A DNA stretch of 64,000 nt, from contig CABYJR010000002.1 in assembly GCA_902519445.1 (NCBI GenBank), positions 2,398 through 66,397 on the forward strand, given 5' to 3'. Of the stretch, positions 50,441 to 60,152 are shown piece after piece. Position numbers and translations under genes: made by a program. The notes under the pieces are model-generated. The model was not told the origin of the DNA. It saw only the letters and a list, made by a program, of their open reading frames with translations, and made no database searches. The number at the start of each line of letters is the position of its first letter. Position 1 is the first letter of the stretch. The stretch comes from an uncultured Pelagibacteraceae bacterium. Its GTDB lineage: Bacteria > Pseudomonadota > Alphaproteobacteria > Pelagibacterales > Pelagibacteraceae.

Positions 50441-51519
50441 AAAGGGCGGCTTCTAAAAAACCATCTATATCGCCATCTAAAACACTTTCTGGATCGGTAT
50501 TTTCTAAATTATTTCTTAAATCTTTTACTAATTGGTATGGTTGCAAAACATAAGATCTAATTTGATGTCCCCACCCAATATCTGTTTTCGATTTAGACAA
50601 ATTTTCTGACGCTTCTTCTTTTTTTTGTATTTCATATTTATATAAACGAGCTTTTAGCATATTAAAACATGTCTCTTTATTTTTGTGCTGAGATCTTTCG
50701 TTTTGACATTGCACCACAATATTTGTTGGCAAGTGGGTAATCCTTACTGCGCTGTCTGTTGTATTAACATGTTGTCCTCCAGCTCCACTAGATCTGTACG
50801 TATCAATTCTTATATCCTTTTCTTGAATATCTATTTTGATACTGTCATCAATAACAGGATAAACCCAAACACTAGCAAAACTAGTATGTCTTCTTGCTCC
50901 AGAATCAAAAGGTGAAATTCTTACTAATCTATGGACCCCAGACTCAGATTTTAACCAACCGTACATATAAGAGCCTGAAATTTTCAGTATACTTGATTTT
51001 ATACCTGCTTCTTCTCCGCGATGTTCACTTATAATTTGAAATTTGTTTTTTTTCTTCTCAATCCATTTGGAATACATTCTTCTCAGCATTTGTGCCCAGT
51101 CCTGACTTTCTGTTCCTCCTGCTCCTGCATGTATTTCTAAATAAGTATCGAGATGATCGTTTTCTTCTGATAAAAAACACGAGACTTCAATTTTTTTTAT
51201 TTGTTTTAACAATAAAAGTATTTTTTTTTCGCAATCTTTTATGACTTCAATTTCATTTTCTCTTGAAGCTAGCTGTAAAAGTTGATCTAAATTTTGAAAT
51301 TCGTTTACTGAAGAATTGAAATTGTTAATGATGTCTTCAAAAAATTTCTTCTCTTTTACAATTTTTTGGGCAGATAACTTGTCTTTCCAAAAATTTTCTT
51401 GTGAAATTTTACTATCAAATGTTTGTATTTTTTCACTAATTTTATTTTTTTCAAAGATACCCCCTAATATTATTTATTATTTTTTTAATTTCTAAAATAT
51501 TAGCTTTTACATCTTTCAT
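50418..51519 (-). CDS. prfB: Peptide chain release factor 2, expressed via programmed +1 frameshift
   Basis: Frame 0 reads ATG(51519)...MKDVKANILEIKKIINNIRGYL then TGA (51451-51453). Skipping T51453 joins to EKNKISEKIQTF...LKQIKKIEV and the 264-aa ORF that carries the SPF and GGQ motifs. The total product is 366 aa. Confidence 0.93.
51450..51465 (-). promoter_or_regulatory. prfB +1 frameshift cassette AGGGGG-TAT-CTT-TGA-A (internal SD-like element plus CUU UGA shift site)
   Basis: The minus strand reads AGG GGG TAT CTT TGA A. Through CUU UGA this is the same as the canonical E. coli RF2 recoding cassette AGG GGG UAU CUU UGA C, and only the base after the stop differs. Confidence 0.9.
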
Positions 51520-51520
51520 A

Positions 51521-53878
51521 TTAATAAAACCTTAAGATAGTTTTTTGATTTTTAGAATCATAAAATCCTAATGTAGACCTATTAGAAAGATTTTCAAGAT
51601 CATCGATGAAATTATCCTCTGGCTTAAAGGACTCATATATTATTTTTTTTGTTTTTGAATTAGGAAGTAGTCCTGTTTCAACATCAACCAAAACTAGATT
51701 TATATTTTTTGGCACTCGGAATGGACGAGCCTCCTTTTTGATAACTACATTTTTAACAAATTTCTTAAAAATTGGTAATGCTGCCTTAGCTCCAGTTTCA
51801 TATTTGCCTAAACTTTTAGGTTCATCAAAACCAACATAAACTCCTATGGCTAATTCTGAAGTAAATCCTAAAAACCAAGCATCCATATTTTTATTTGTTG
51901 TCCCCGTCTTTCCTGCTAACGGTAAATTCAAATCTCTTAATTTTCTTCCTGTACCTCTTTTAACAACTCCTTCCATCATCGAAGTAATTTGATATGCGGT
52001 TTCAGGTGAAATAATTTGTTCTTTATCATTTTCAATTAAAGGTATTTCTTCTTTTAAATATGAAATTTCTTTACAACCCCTGCATTTTCTCTTATCTGCA
52101 TTAAAAATTGTTTTACCCCTTCTGTCTTGTATTCTGTCAATAAAAATTGGATTAACTTTTTTTCCTCCATTAACAAATGTGCAATAACCATTTGTAAGTT
52201 GAACTAAAGTTGTTTCTGCAGATCCAAGGGATACGGACAATAGTTCTGGTATGTCTTCATATATTTTTAGACTGTTCGCGATTTTAGAAATTTTTTCAAA
52301 ACCAACTTTTTGAGCAACACGAACCGTCATTAAATTTCTAGATTTTTCTATACCTACTCTTAGAGTTGAAGGTCCATAAAATTTTTTCCCATAATTTTCA
52401 GGTTTCCATGTTTTTAAACCTTCTCCTTGGTCCATAACAAATGGAGCATCTAAAACTAAAGTTGAAGGAGTAAAACCATTTTCTAGAGCAGCAGCATAAA
52501 CAAAAGGTTTAAATGCAGAACCAGGTTGTCTTTTAGCTTGTGTTGCTCTATTAAATTCACTTAGTCTATAACTAAAACCTCCCGCCATTGCCAAAACTCT
52601 TCCTGTATATGGATCCATAGCAACAATTGAACCGTTAACTTTTGGTAATTGTTTTAAATTCCACTTATTATTTTTTATTTTTTTTACATACAAAATATCA
52701 TTAATATTTATAAAGTCTTCAAAACTCTTTTTTCTTGTCCAGGTAACGGTTTTAAAATCTATAAATCCTACTTCTTTATTTTGTAATTCAATTTTTATAT
52801 TAAGTTTGTTTACTTCTTTAACCTTTGCTAATTTCCAATTTAAGCTTTCGTCTGGAATAAATTTTTGAACATCTTCGTTCCAGTTAACTTTAGATATATT
52901 TGTAAGAGGTCCGCGCCAACCATGCCTTTTGTCATATTCTTCTAGTCCTTCCCTAAGAGCTTTCAATGCTTCAATTTGATAAATAGAATTAAGCGGTGTC
53001 CTTATTGATAATCCTCCTTTATATAAACTATCATAGCCATAATTATTACTAATTACTCTTCTAACTTCTTCTGTATAATAATTTGCTTCTTCGAGAAGTT
53101 TTATTTTTCTTTTTTTTGTTTTTATTTCTTTATTTTTTAACTCTTTATATTGATCTTCATTGATATATGAATTTTCATACAAATTTTTTAATACAAAATC
53201 TCTTCTTTGCTTTGCTCTTTTTTTAGATTTATAAGGATTATATTTGCTGGGGGCCCTAGGCAACGCAGCAAGTAATGCAGCTTCTTCATAATTTAATTCA
53301 TTAACACCCTTATCGAAATATTCTAGACTTGCTGCAGCGACACCATACGTTCCGGCTCCTAAATATATTTGATTAAGGTACAACTCCATTATTCTTTCTT
53401 TTGAATATGCTCTCTCAATTCTAAAGGCTAATATAGCTTCTTTTATCTTTCTCTTTATTGATACTTCGTTAGTAAGTAAAAAATTTTTTGCTACTTGTTG
53501 CGTAATAGTAGAAGCTCCTTCTAGCCTTTTGTTTGAAAAAATATTTTTTAAATTTTTTATTGTTGCTCTAGTAATACTTTTGGCATCTATTCCAGGGTGT
53601 GAAAAAAAGTTTTTATCTTCTGCAGATAAAAATGAAAAAACAACTTTTTTTGGTATTGAATCGTAAGGTATAAACAGCCTTTTTTGTAAAGCATATTCAG
53701 CAATTAGATTTCCCTCTCCAGAATGAACTCTGCTTGATATTGGGGGTTTATAATTTGCTAGTTTTTTATAATCTGGCAGACCTGATGAAAAATACCAGAA
53801 TGTTGAAAATACAAACAGCAATCCTGCTATGAAAATACCTACTATTAGTTTTATGCTTTTTTTTAAATAAACCACCAT
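51521..53878 (-). CDS. mrcA: Penicillin-binding protein 1A (bifunctional glycosyltransferase/transpeptidase)
   Basis: 785 aa with an N-terminal TM anchor, GT51 motifs (EDKNFFSHPGID, RKIKE) and transpeptidase motifs SAFKP (SxxK) and KTGTT. Confidence 0.9.
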   Translation of the reverse strand: MVVYLKKSIKLIVGIFIAGLLFVFSTFWYFSSGLPDYKKLANYKPPISSRVHSGEGNLIAEYALQKRLFIPYDSIPKKVVFSFLSAEDKNFFSHPGIDAKSITRATIKNLKNIFSNKRLEGASTITQQVAKNFLLTNEVSIKRKIKEAILAFRIERAYSKERIMELYLNQIYLGAGTYGVAAASLEYFDKGVNELNYEEAALLAALPRAPSKYNPYKSKKRAKQRRDFVLKNLYENSYINEDQYKELKNKEIKTKKRKIKLLEEANYYTEEVRRVISNNYGYDSLYKGGLSIRTPLNSIYQIEALKALREGLEEYDKRHGWRGPLTNISKVNWNEDVQKFIPDESLNWKLAKVKEVNKLNIKIELQNKEVGFIDFKTVTWTRKKSFEDFININDILYVKKIKNNKWNLKQLPKVNGSIVAMDPYTGRVLAMAGGFSYRLSEFNRATQAKRQPGSAFKPFVYAAALENGFTPSTLVLDAPFVMDQGEGLKTWKPENYGKKFYGPSTLRVGIEKSRNLMTVRVAQKVGFEKISKIANSLKIYEDIPELLSVSLGSAETTLVQLTNGYCTFVNGGKKVNPIFIDRIQDRRGKTIFNADKRKCRGCKEISYLKEEIPLIENDKEQIISPETAYQITSMMEGVVKRGTGRKLRDLNLPLAGKTGTTNKNMDAWFLGFTSELAIGVYVGFDEPKSLGKYETGAKAALPIFKKFVKNVVIKKEARPFRVPKNINLVLVDVETGLLPNSKTKKIIYESFKPEDNFIDDLENLSNRSTLGFYDSKNQKTILRFY

Positions 53879-54054
53879 TTTTTTAAGAAATAAATTAATT
53901 TTGTCCTTCTTAAGGCATTTTCTGATTTAATTATAAATAGCTATAAAAAAATACATATATTTGTTGATAATTTTGATGTATATTAACATATCGTTAAAAA
54001 ACAGAATTCGTAATTAATGAACACAACAAACATGACATACAGGAACAAATTTAC

Positions 54055-55893
54055 ATGGAAAAGAATTTATACATCGATGCTTCGCATCCTGATGAAACTA
54101 GAGTCGTACTCAAAACTGAAAAACACATTGAAGAATATGAGTATGAAAACAAAAATAAACTTTATTTAAAAAATAATATTTATCTAGGAAAAGTCACAAG
54201 AATTGAACCTTCTTTACAGGCCGCTTTCATAAACTATGGAAAACAAAGACATGGTTTTTTAGCATTTAACGATATTCAATCAGATTACTATCAGATACCC
54301 CACGATGATAAAGATAAATTAAAAAAAGACGAAGAAAATTTAAGATTACAACTTAAAGAAAAAAGTAAAAATGTTGAAGAAAATGAAAAAATTGATGATC
54401 AAAATAAAGGGGACAATAATCTTTTAGAATCTAATAATGAAGAAGGAAATAATTCTGTAAATGAAAAAAATAAAGAAGAAAGCCCAAGATCAGAAAAAAA
54501 TGATCAGTTTAATGAATTAAAAAGAAAACATGGAATTAGAAGATATAAAATACAGGAAGTAATTAAGCCTGAACAAATAATTTTAGTCCAAATACTAAAA
54601 GATGAGCGAGGTCAGAAAGGTGCCGCCTTAACTACTTTTATATCTTTGGCAGGAAAGTATAGTGTTTTAATGCCTAACACTCCAAAAGGAGGTGGAATTT
54701 CTAGAAAAATAGCAAATCCAGATGATAGAAAAAAAATTAGAAAGATTCTCAATGAGATTAATATTCCTTCAACTATGGGCTTAATAGTCCGAACTGCTGG
54801 ACTAAACAAAACAAAAAATGATTTAAACAATGATGTCACCAATATTATAAAAACCTGGGAAGAAATTAAAAAAAAAACCGTCATGTCTATAGCACCAAGC
54901 TTAGTTTATGAAGAAGGAGATCTCATTAAAAGAGCAATAAGAGATATTTATGATAATGATACAAAAAATATAATTGTGGAAGGTAATGAAGGTTACCAAA
55001 AAGCTAAAAATTTTATGAAATTTTTAATGCCAGAAAGTGTCAAAAAAATAAAAAAATATAGAGGAAAGATACCTCTTTTCCATGACGCTCAAATTGAAAA
55101 AAGTTTAAATCGAATTTTTGAACCTACTATAAAATTAGAATCAGGAGGATATATAGTAATTAATCCAACAGAAGCTTTGGTATCTATAGACGTTAATTCA
55201 GGACAATCAATTAAAGAAAGTAACTTGGAAAAAACTGCTTTAAAAACTAATTTAGAAGCTGCAGAGGAAATTTCTAGACAAATTAAAATTAGAGATTTGT
55301 CCGGTTTAATAGTAATTGATTTTATTGATATGTTTGCTTTTCATAATAGAAGAACTGTTGAAAGAAAATTAAGAGAAAAATTAAAAGATGATAGAGCAAG
55401 AATGCAATTTGGAAGAATAGGTAACTTTGGTTTATTAGAAATGACTAGACAGAGATTAAGGGAAAGTTCAGTTAAATGGAATATGGTGCTATCAGTTGAT
55501 TCATTTTCTCTAAAAATTGTAAAAAAAGGAGAAGAATTAGCTTTTTCTAACAAAGCTAAGGTTGTTGATATAAAAGTGCCCACTAAAATAAAAACCTATA
55601 TTAATGAAAATCTTTCTAAAGAAGTAAATCATTTTAAACAAAAACATAAATTAGAATTTAATATTTTGTCTGACGAAACTCTGTCTATTCCGGAATATAA
55701 AATAACTTTATTAAATAAAAATAAAAAAATTATCAAAAAAATAGAAAATATTGAAAAGGCTTATTCAGTTGATAATCGAAATAAAAAAAATTATATAATG
55801 AATAACAAAAATTATAGATCTAGAAAAAAATTTAAGAAATTTCCAAGAAATAGAAGTAATATTTCTCAGAATAAAAAAACAATAAATTATTAA
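54055..55893 (+). CDS. rne: Ribonuclease E/G-family endoribonuclease (short RNase E with S1-domain insertion, no scaffold region)
   Basis: 612 aa. The S1 domain (GKVTRIEPSLQAAFINYG) is interrupted by a ~90-aa acidic/Asn-rich insert. Catalytic-core motifs include SIDVNSG, IVIDFIDM and LLEMTRQR. The C-terminus is a short basic tail. Confidence 0.88.
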   Translation: MEKNLYIDASHPDETRVVLKTEKHIEEYEYENKNKLYLKNNIYLGKVTRIEPSLQAAFINYGKQRHGFLAFNDIQSDYYQIPHDDKDKLKKDEENLRLQLKEKSKNVEENEKIDDQNKGDNNLLESNNEEGNNSVNEKNKEESPRSEKNDQFNELKRKHGIRRYKIQEVIKPEQIILVQILKDERGQKGAALTTFISLAGKYSVLMPNTPKGGGISRKIANPDDRKKIRKILNEINIPSTMGLIVRTAGLNKTKNDLNNDVTNIIKTWEEIKKKTVMSIAPSLVYEEGDLIKRAIRDIYDNDTKNIIVEGNEGYQKAKNFMKFLMPESVKKIKKYRGKIPLFHDAQIEKSLNRIFEPTIKLESGGYIVINPTEALVSIDVNSGQSIKESNLEKTALKTNLEAAEEISRQIKIRDLSGLIVIDFIDMFAFHNRRTVERKLREKLKDDRARMQFGRIGNFGLLEMTRQRLRESSVKWNMVLSVDSFSLKIVKKGEELAFSNKAKVVDIKVPTKIKTYINENLSKEVNHFKQKHKLEFNILSDETLSIPEYKITLLNKNKKIIKKIENIEKAYSVDNRNKKNYIMNNKNYRSRKKFKKFPRNRSNISQNKKTINY

Positions 55894-55905
55894 AATTAAA
55901 AAATA

Positions 55906-56679
55906 CTAAATTAAATTATCTATTGGGGAAGAGGGGTTTCCTCCATGCAGTCTTTTTTTCATTCTTCCTGCTCTAAAAGCTTTTCTTCCCGATATAACTG
56001 CAGCCTTCATGGACTCTGCCATTAAAACTGGATTTTTTGCTTCTGCAATTGCGGTATTAATTAAAACTCCATCACAACCTAACTCCATAGCAATGGTTGC
56101 GTCAGAGGCAGTTCCAACGCCAGCATCAACTATAACCGGTAAAGAAGATTGTTCTTTAATTATTTTAATATTCGATCTATTTTGTATTCCAAGACCAGAG
56201 CCAATAGGAGCTCCTAATGGCATTATGGCGCAAGCTCCAACATCTTCTACTTTTTTACATAGAATAGGATCATCAGTGCAGTAAACCATTACTTCAAAAC
56301 CTTCTTTAACTAAAATTTCTGTAGATTTTATTGTTTCAATCATATTAGGATACAAAGTTTTTTTATCTCCAAGGACTTCTAGTTTTACTAATCTCCAGCC
56401 TCCCATCTCTCTAGCGAGTCTTAAAGTTCTTAATGCTTCTTCAGAAGAATAACATCCAGCAGTATTTGGAAGATAAGTGATAGATTTTGGATCTAAATAA
56501 TCCATTAGTAAAGGCTGATCTTTATCCAAAATATTAACTCTTCGAACTGCAACTGTAACTATTTCTGCCGCCGATGCTCTAACTGCATTAGCTGTTTCTT
56601 CAAAATTTTTATATTTCCCAGTTCCTACAATTAAACGTGAATTATAATTTTTATTAGCAATTGTAAATGTATCTTCCAT
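55906..56679 (-). CDS. thiG: Thiazole synthase
   Basis: 257 aa with a TIM-barrel ThiG pattern (LLPNTAGC-like [30 protein letters not shown]). Confidence 0.95.
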   Translation of the reverse strand: MEDTFTIANKNYNSRLIVGTGKYKNFEETANAVRASAAEIVTVAVRRVNILDKDQPLLMDYLDPKSITYLPNTAGCYSSEEALRTLRLAREMGGWRLVKLEVLGDKKTLYPNMIETIKSTEILVKEGFEVMVYCTDDPILCKKVEDVGACAIMPLGAPIGSGLGIQNRSNIKIIKEQSSLPVIVDAGVGTASDATIAMELGCDGVLINTAIAEAKNPVLMAESMKAAVISGRKAFRAGRMKKRLHGGNPSSPIDNLI

Positions 56680-56684
56680 AAATT

Positions 56685-56903
56685 TTATCCCCCTCCAATA
56701 AAATGAACTATTTCAACTTTGTCATCTTTTCTTAAAAACAAATTTTGGTATTTGTCCTTTTGAACTATCTCGCCATTGACTTCTATTGCCACTTTATTTT
56801 TTTGTATTTTGAGCTTATTTAGCAGTTCATTTAAATTCGTTCGACCATTTATTTCGTATGGATCTCCATTTAATTGTATTTTTGCCACATTTGAGTTATT
56901 CAT
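56685..56903 (-). CDS. thiS: Sulfur carrier protein ThiS
   Basis: 72 aa, ubiquitin-like, with a C-terminal GG (…IVHFIGGG). It lies directly upstream of thiG. Confidence 0.88.
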   Translation of the reverse strand: MNNSNVAKIQLNGDPYEINGRTNLNELLNKLKIQKNKVAIEVNGEIVQKDKYQNLFLRKDDKVEIVHFIGGG

Positions 56904-56926
56904 TTAGATTATTTTAACTTATTTAA

Positions 56927-57367
56927 ATGACAAAAAAAATACTAATTATAAATGGACCTAATTTAAATCTTCTTGGTGAAAGAGAAGAATCTAAGTACGG
57001 CAAGACTTCTCTCGATGAAGTTAAAAAAAATTGTGAGCACCACGGTAAATCCATTGATCTTCAAATCAAATTTGAACAATCAAATATAGAAGGAGAAATC
57101 GTTACAATGATACAAAAAGCAAAAGGTGTGTATGATGGAATAATTATAAACGCAGCTGGTTATACTCATACTTCTGTTGCTATTTTAGATGCGCTTTTAG
57201 CTATTAAAATTCCAACTATAGAAGTTCATATAACAAATATTTATAATAGAGAGGAATTTAGAAAAAAATCCTTAATAAGTAAGGCAGCCAATGGAATTAT
57301 TTGCGGATTTGGTATAAACGGTTATATTATGGCATTAGATTCAATTAAAAAAATCTTAAGTAAATAA
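56927..57367 (+). CDS. aroQ: Type II 3-dehydroquinate dehydratase
   Basis: 146 aa (ILIINGPNLNLLGEREESKYG, QSNIEGEIV, INAAGYTHTSVA). Confidence 0.95.
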   Translation: MTKKILIINGPNLNLLGEREESKYGKTSLDEVKKNCEHHGKSIDLQIKFEQSNIEGEIVTMIQKAKGVYDGIIINAAGYTHTSVAILDALLAIKIPTIEVHITNIYNREEFRKKSLISKAANGIICGFGINGYIMALDSIKKILSK

Positions 57368-57368
57368 A

Positions 57369-57785
57369 ATGAAGATAGATAAAAAAATCATAGAAGAGCT
57401 TACAAAATACTTAAAAGAATTTAATCTTAGTGAAATTGAGTATGGTGAAGGATCAACTAAAGTAAAAGTTTCTCGATCAATTAATGCCTCAGCAATATCT
57501 GGAATATCACCTAGTGAAGCCAAAAAAAAACAAGAAGTAATTGAAAGCAGCGGATCAAATGTAACTTCGCCTATTGTAGGAACTGCATATCTTGCTCCAG
57601 AACCAGGTGCTAAAAAATTTGCAGAAGTAGGGCAAAAAATAAAAAAAGGTCAAACCATAATGATTGTTGAAGCAATGAAAACCATGAATCATGTGCCTTC
57701 AACTTTGGACGGCACTGTAAGTAAAATTTTAGTCAAAGATGGTGAGCCCGTTGAATTTGGTCAACCTCTTGTTTCTATTAAATAA
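57369..57785 (+). CDS. accB: Acetyl-CoA carboxylase biotin carboxyl carrier protein
   Basis: 138 aa with the biotinylation motif EAMKTMN in a C-terminal lipoyl-like domain. Confidence 0.95.
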   Translation: MKIDKKIIEELTKYLKEFNLSEIEYGEGSTKVKVSRSINASAISGISPSEAKKKQEVIESSGSNVTSPIVGTAYLAPEPGAKKFAEVGQKIKKGQTIMIVEAMKTMNHVPSTLDGTVSKILVKDGEPVEFGQPLVSIK

Positions 57786-59122
57786 TGTTTAAAAAAATTT
57801 TAGTTGCTAACCGTGGAGAAATTGCGGTACGTATAATTAGGGCTTGCAAAGAATGGGGAATCTCAACTGTCGCTGTTCATTCTGATGTTGATAACGACTC
57901 TATGCACGTACGATTAGCAGATGAAAGTATATGTATAGGAGGACATCAGCCTCAAAACAGTTATTTGAATATTGCATCATTAATGTCAGCTGCTGATGTA
58001 ACTGGAGCGGAAGCTATTCATCCTGGATATGGATTTTTATCTGAAAATGCCAAATTTGCAGAAATTGTTACAAAACATGGTTTAAAGTTTATCGGACCTA
58101 GCTCTGATTTAATTGCAAAAATGGGTGACAAAATACAAGCTAGAAAAATTGCAAAAGAAAATGGTTTACCTGTAATTGAAGGCTCTGAAGGAAATATTAA
58201 TTCTGTAGAAGAAGCAAAAAAAACTAGTGAAAAAATCGGATACCCAGTTTTAATTAAAGCTGCTGGTGGAGGTGGTGGAAAAGGAATGAAAGTTGCTAAT
58301 AAGCCTGAAGAATTAGAAACATTATTACCTTTAGCTAAATTAGAAGCAAAAAAATATTTTAACAATGATAATGTATATATTGAAAAATATTTTACAAATC
58401 CTAGGCATATTGAAGTTCAAGTTTTATCAGGAAAAAATAGAACAGTTCATTTAAATGAAAGAGATTGTTCGGTTCAAAGAAAACACCAAAAGCTTATAGA
58501 AGAAACTCCAAGTCCAATTATAGATCAAAAAATTAGATCAGATTTGTTAGAAAGAACAGTGAAAATGGTGGAAAAAATTGGATACGAGGGCGCGGGAACA
58601 GTTGAGTATATTTATGAAAAAGGAAAATTTTATTTTCTTGAAATGAACACAAGGGTTCAAGTTGAACATCCTGTAACAGAAGTTGCTACAGGAATTGATA
58701 TTATTAAACAACAAATAGCAATTGCAAGCACTGGTAATACAGACTTAACTCAGGATGATGTTAAGCCTAGAGGACATGCTATAGAATGTAGAATTAATGC
58801 TGAAGATCCAAGCAAAAATTTTCAACCTTCTCCTGGAATAATAAGTGTTTGTCATCAACCATCTGGATTTAGAACAAGAGTTGATGGAGCTATTTTTCAG
58901 GGATGCAAGATTACTCCTTACTATGACAGTTTAATTTGTAAATTAATATGTCACGGCAGAAACAGAACAGAAGCTATACAAAGAATGCTTAGAGCTTTGG
59001 ATGAGTTTGTAATTGAAGGAATAACAACTACTATTAATTTACATAAAAAAATACTTAGTCATGAAAAATTTCTTAGTTCTGACTTTGATGTAAATTGGCT
59101 TGTAAAAGAAAAGTTTTATTAA
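57785..59122 (+). CDS. accC: Acetyl-CoA carboxylase biotin carboxylase subunit
   Basis: 445 aa with ATP-grasp motifs (KILVANRGEIAVRIIRA, GGGGKGM, EMNTRVQVEHPVTE). Confidence 0.97.
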   Translation: MFKKILVANRGEIAVRIIRACKEWGISTVAVHSDVDNDSMHVRLADESICIGGHQPQNSYLNIASLMSAADVTGAEAIHPGYGFLSENAKFAEIVTKHGLKFIGPSSDLIAKMGDKIQARKIAKENGLPVIEGSEGNINSVEEAKKTSEKIGYPVLIKAAGGGGGKGMKVANKPEELETLLPLAKLEAKKYFNNDNVYIEKYFTNPRHIEVQVLSGKNRTVHLNERDCSVQRKHQKLIEETPSPIIDQKIRSDLLERTVKMVEKIGYEGAGTVEYIYEKGKFYFLEMNTRVQVEHPVTEVATGIDIIKQQIAIASTGNTDLTQDDVKPRGHAIECRINAEDPSKNFQPSPGIISVCHQPSGFRTRVDGAIFQGCKITPYYDSLICKLICHGRNRTEAIQRMLRALDEFVIEGITTTINLHKKILSHEKFLSSDFDVNWLVKEKFY

Positions 59123-59649
59123 ATATTTTCACAACCGGTAATCCACAAATCATAAATAGGATGATCTATAGATTCTAGGGTTGGGCTAGAAGCAAAAGTC
59201 CATCCATTAAATAAAAAAACTTGATTATTGTCCTTTGCATCTAGGTCTTTAACCTGTAAATACGCAACCGCATCACTAAACTCATTATTTTCTGAAAGTT
59301 GGCATTTTAGACCTTTGATTTCTAAAGATCCAAAGTATTTTTTTTCACCTATACCTAATTTAATGGCAAGTGTTTTTGCGGTTATTTTATCCAAAGCTTT
59401 TATATTGATAAATATTTTTTCCTTTTTTTTATTTAATTTTTCCTCATTAAAATTTTCATCAATATTCAAAGTACTGTTTAATTCGTCTTTATTTTCTAAT
59501 TCATCTTTATCTTCTTCGAAGGTAGGTGATAATTCCTCTAAATTAATAAGAGGAACAGATTCAATTTTATCTACAGCAAAAAGTATTGCTGTATTTCCTA
59601 TAAAAAATAATATTGCAAAAATAAAAATTTTAATCTTTCCACGTCTCAT
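59119..59649 (-). CDS. DUF2155-family secreted protein
   Basis: 176 aa with a signal-like N-terminus, LDKITAKT..., and a C-terminal FNGWTFASSPTLESIDHPIYDLWITGC pattern. It is paired with an NDUFA12-like gene, as in other alphaproteobacteria. Confidence 0.7.
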   Translation of the reverse strand: MRRGKIKIFIFAILFFIGNTAILFAVDKIESVPLINLEELSPTFEEDKDELENKDELNSTLNIDENFNEEKLNKKKEKIFINIKALDKITAKTLAIKLGIGEKKYFGSLEIKGLKCQLSENNEFSDAVAYLQVKDLDAKDNNQVFLFNGWTFASSPTLESIDHPIYDLWITGCENI

Positions 59650-59998
59650 ATTTTTTCATATCTTTTTTTTCATTATTCAGCATTGATCCATCTGGTTTAT
59701 GGGCTCTTTTAGTTCCAGTTAAATTTTCTTCATATTGTATTTGCCATGGAAATAAGTTTCCTTTTAAATTTGGTTTATTTTTTGTCTGAAAATGGATCCA
59801 AGAGTGCCAATTTGGAGGAATCTTTGTGGATTCAACCCTTTTTTTATAAATAACCCACCTTTTTTTTCCTTTAGAATCGGAATAATATTTATTGCCAAAT
59901 TCATCTTCACCGACAAATTTTCCAATAATCAATGTATAAAGAAAAGTTCCAAATGTTTGTCTATGCCACCACGTAAATATTTGTTTTAAAAAGCTCAT
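59630..59998 (-). CDS. NDUFA12 (B17.2)-like complex I accessory-subunit homologue
   Basis: 122 aa (FTWWHRQTFGT, GEDEFGNKYY, RWVIY, IPPNWHSWIH). Confidence 0.8.
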   Translation of the reverse strand: MSFLKQIFTWWHRQTFGTFLYTLIIGKFVGEDEFGNKYYSDSKGKKRWVIYKKRVESTKIPPNWHSWIHFQTKNKPNLKGNLFPWQIQYEENLTGTKRAHKPDGSMLNNEKKDMKKYETWKD

Positions 59999-60152
59999 AA
60001 ATTAATTTTATAATGATTCGTTTGTTATATTTTTAAAGTCCACACAATTAAAAATTGTAAATAATTTATTAGACTTCAAATATATTTACTATATATCATA
60101 TTGATGCGCTTTTTAATGCAAAAATAATCAAAAAATTAGGAGTTTTATAATT

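Noticed and set aside
53879-54054. The 176-nt mrcA/rne divergent spacer, examined for RNase E autoregulatory 5'-UTR hairpins (CCTT-CTT-AAGG; ATACAT-N19-ATGTAT).
   Set aside because: Only 4-6 bp AT-rich stems were found, with nothing resembling a stable conserved structure. Without comparative data these cannot be distinguished from chance.
60042-60101. Possible NrdR boxes upstream of the NrdJ-C-terminal-like ORF: ACACAATTAAAAATTGT at 60042-60058 and TTACTATATATCATAT at 60086-60101.
   Set aside because: They match only about 10-11 of 16 positions of the ACACWATATATWGTGT consensus. The spacing is atypical. The sequence is of a type expected by chance in an AT-rich spacer. This is not enough to call them.
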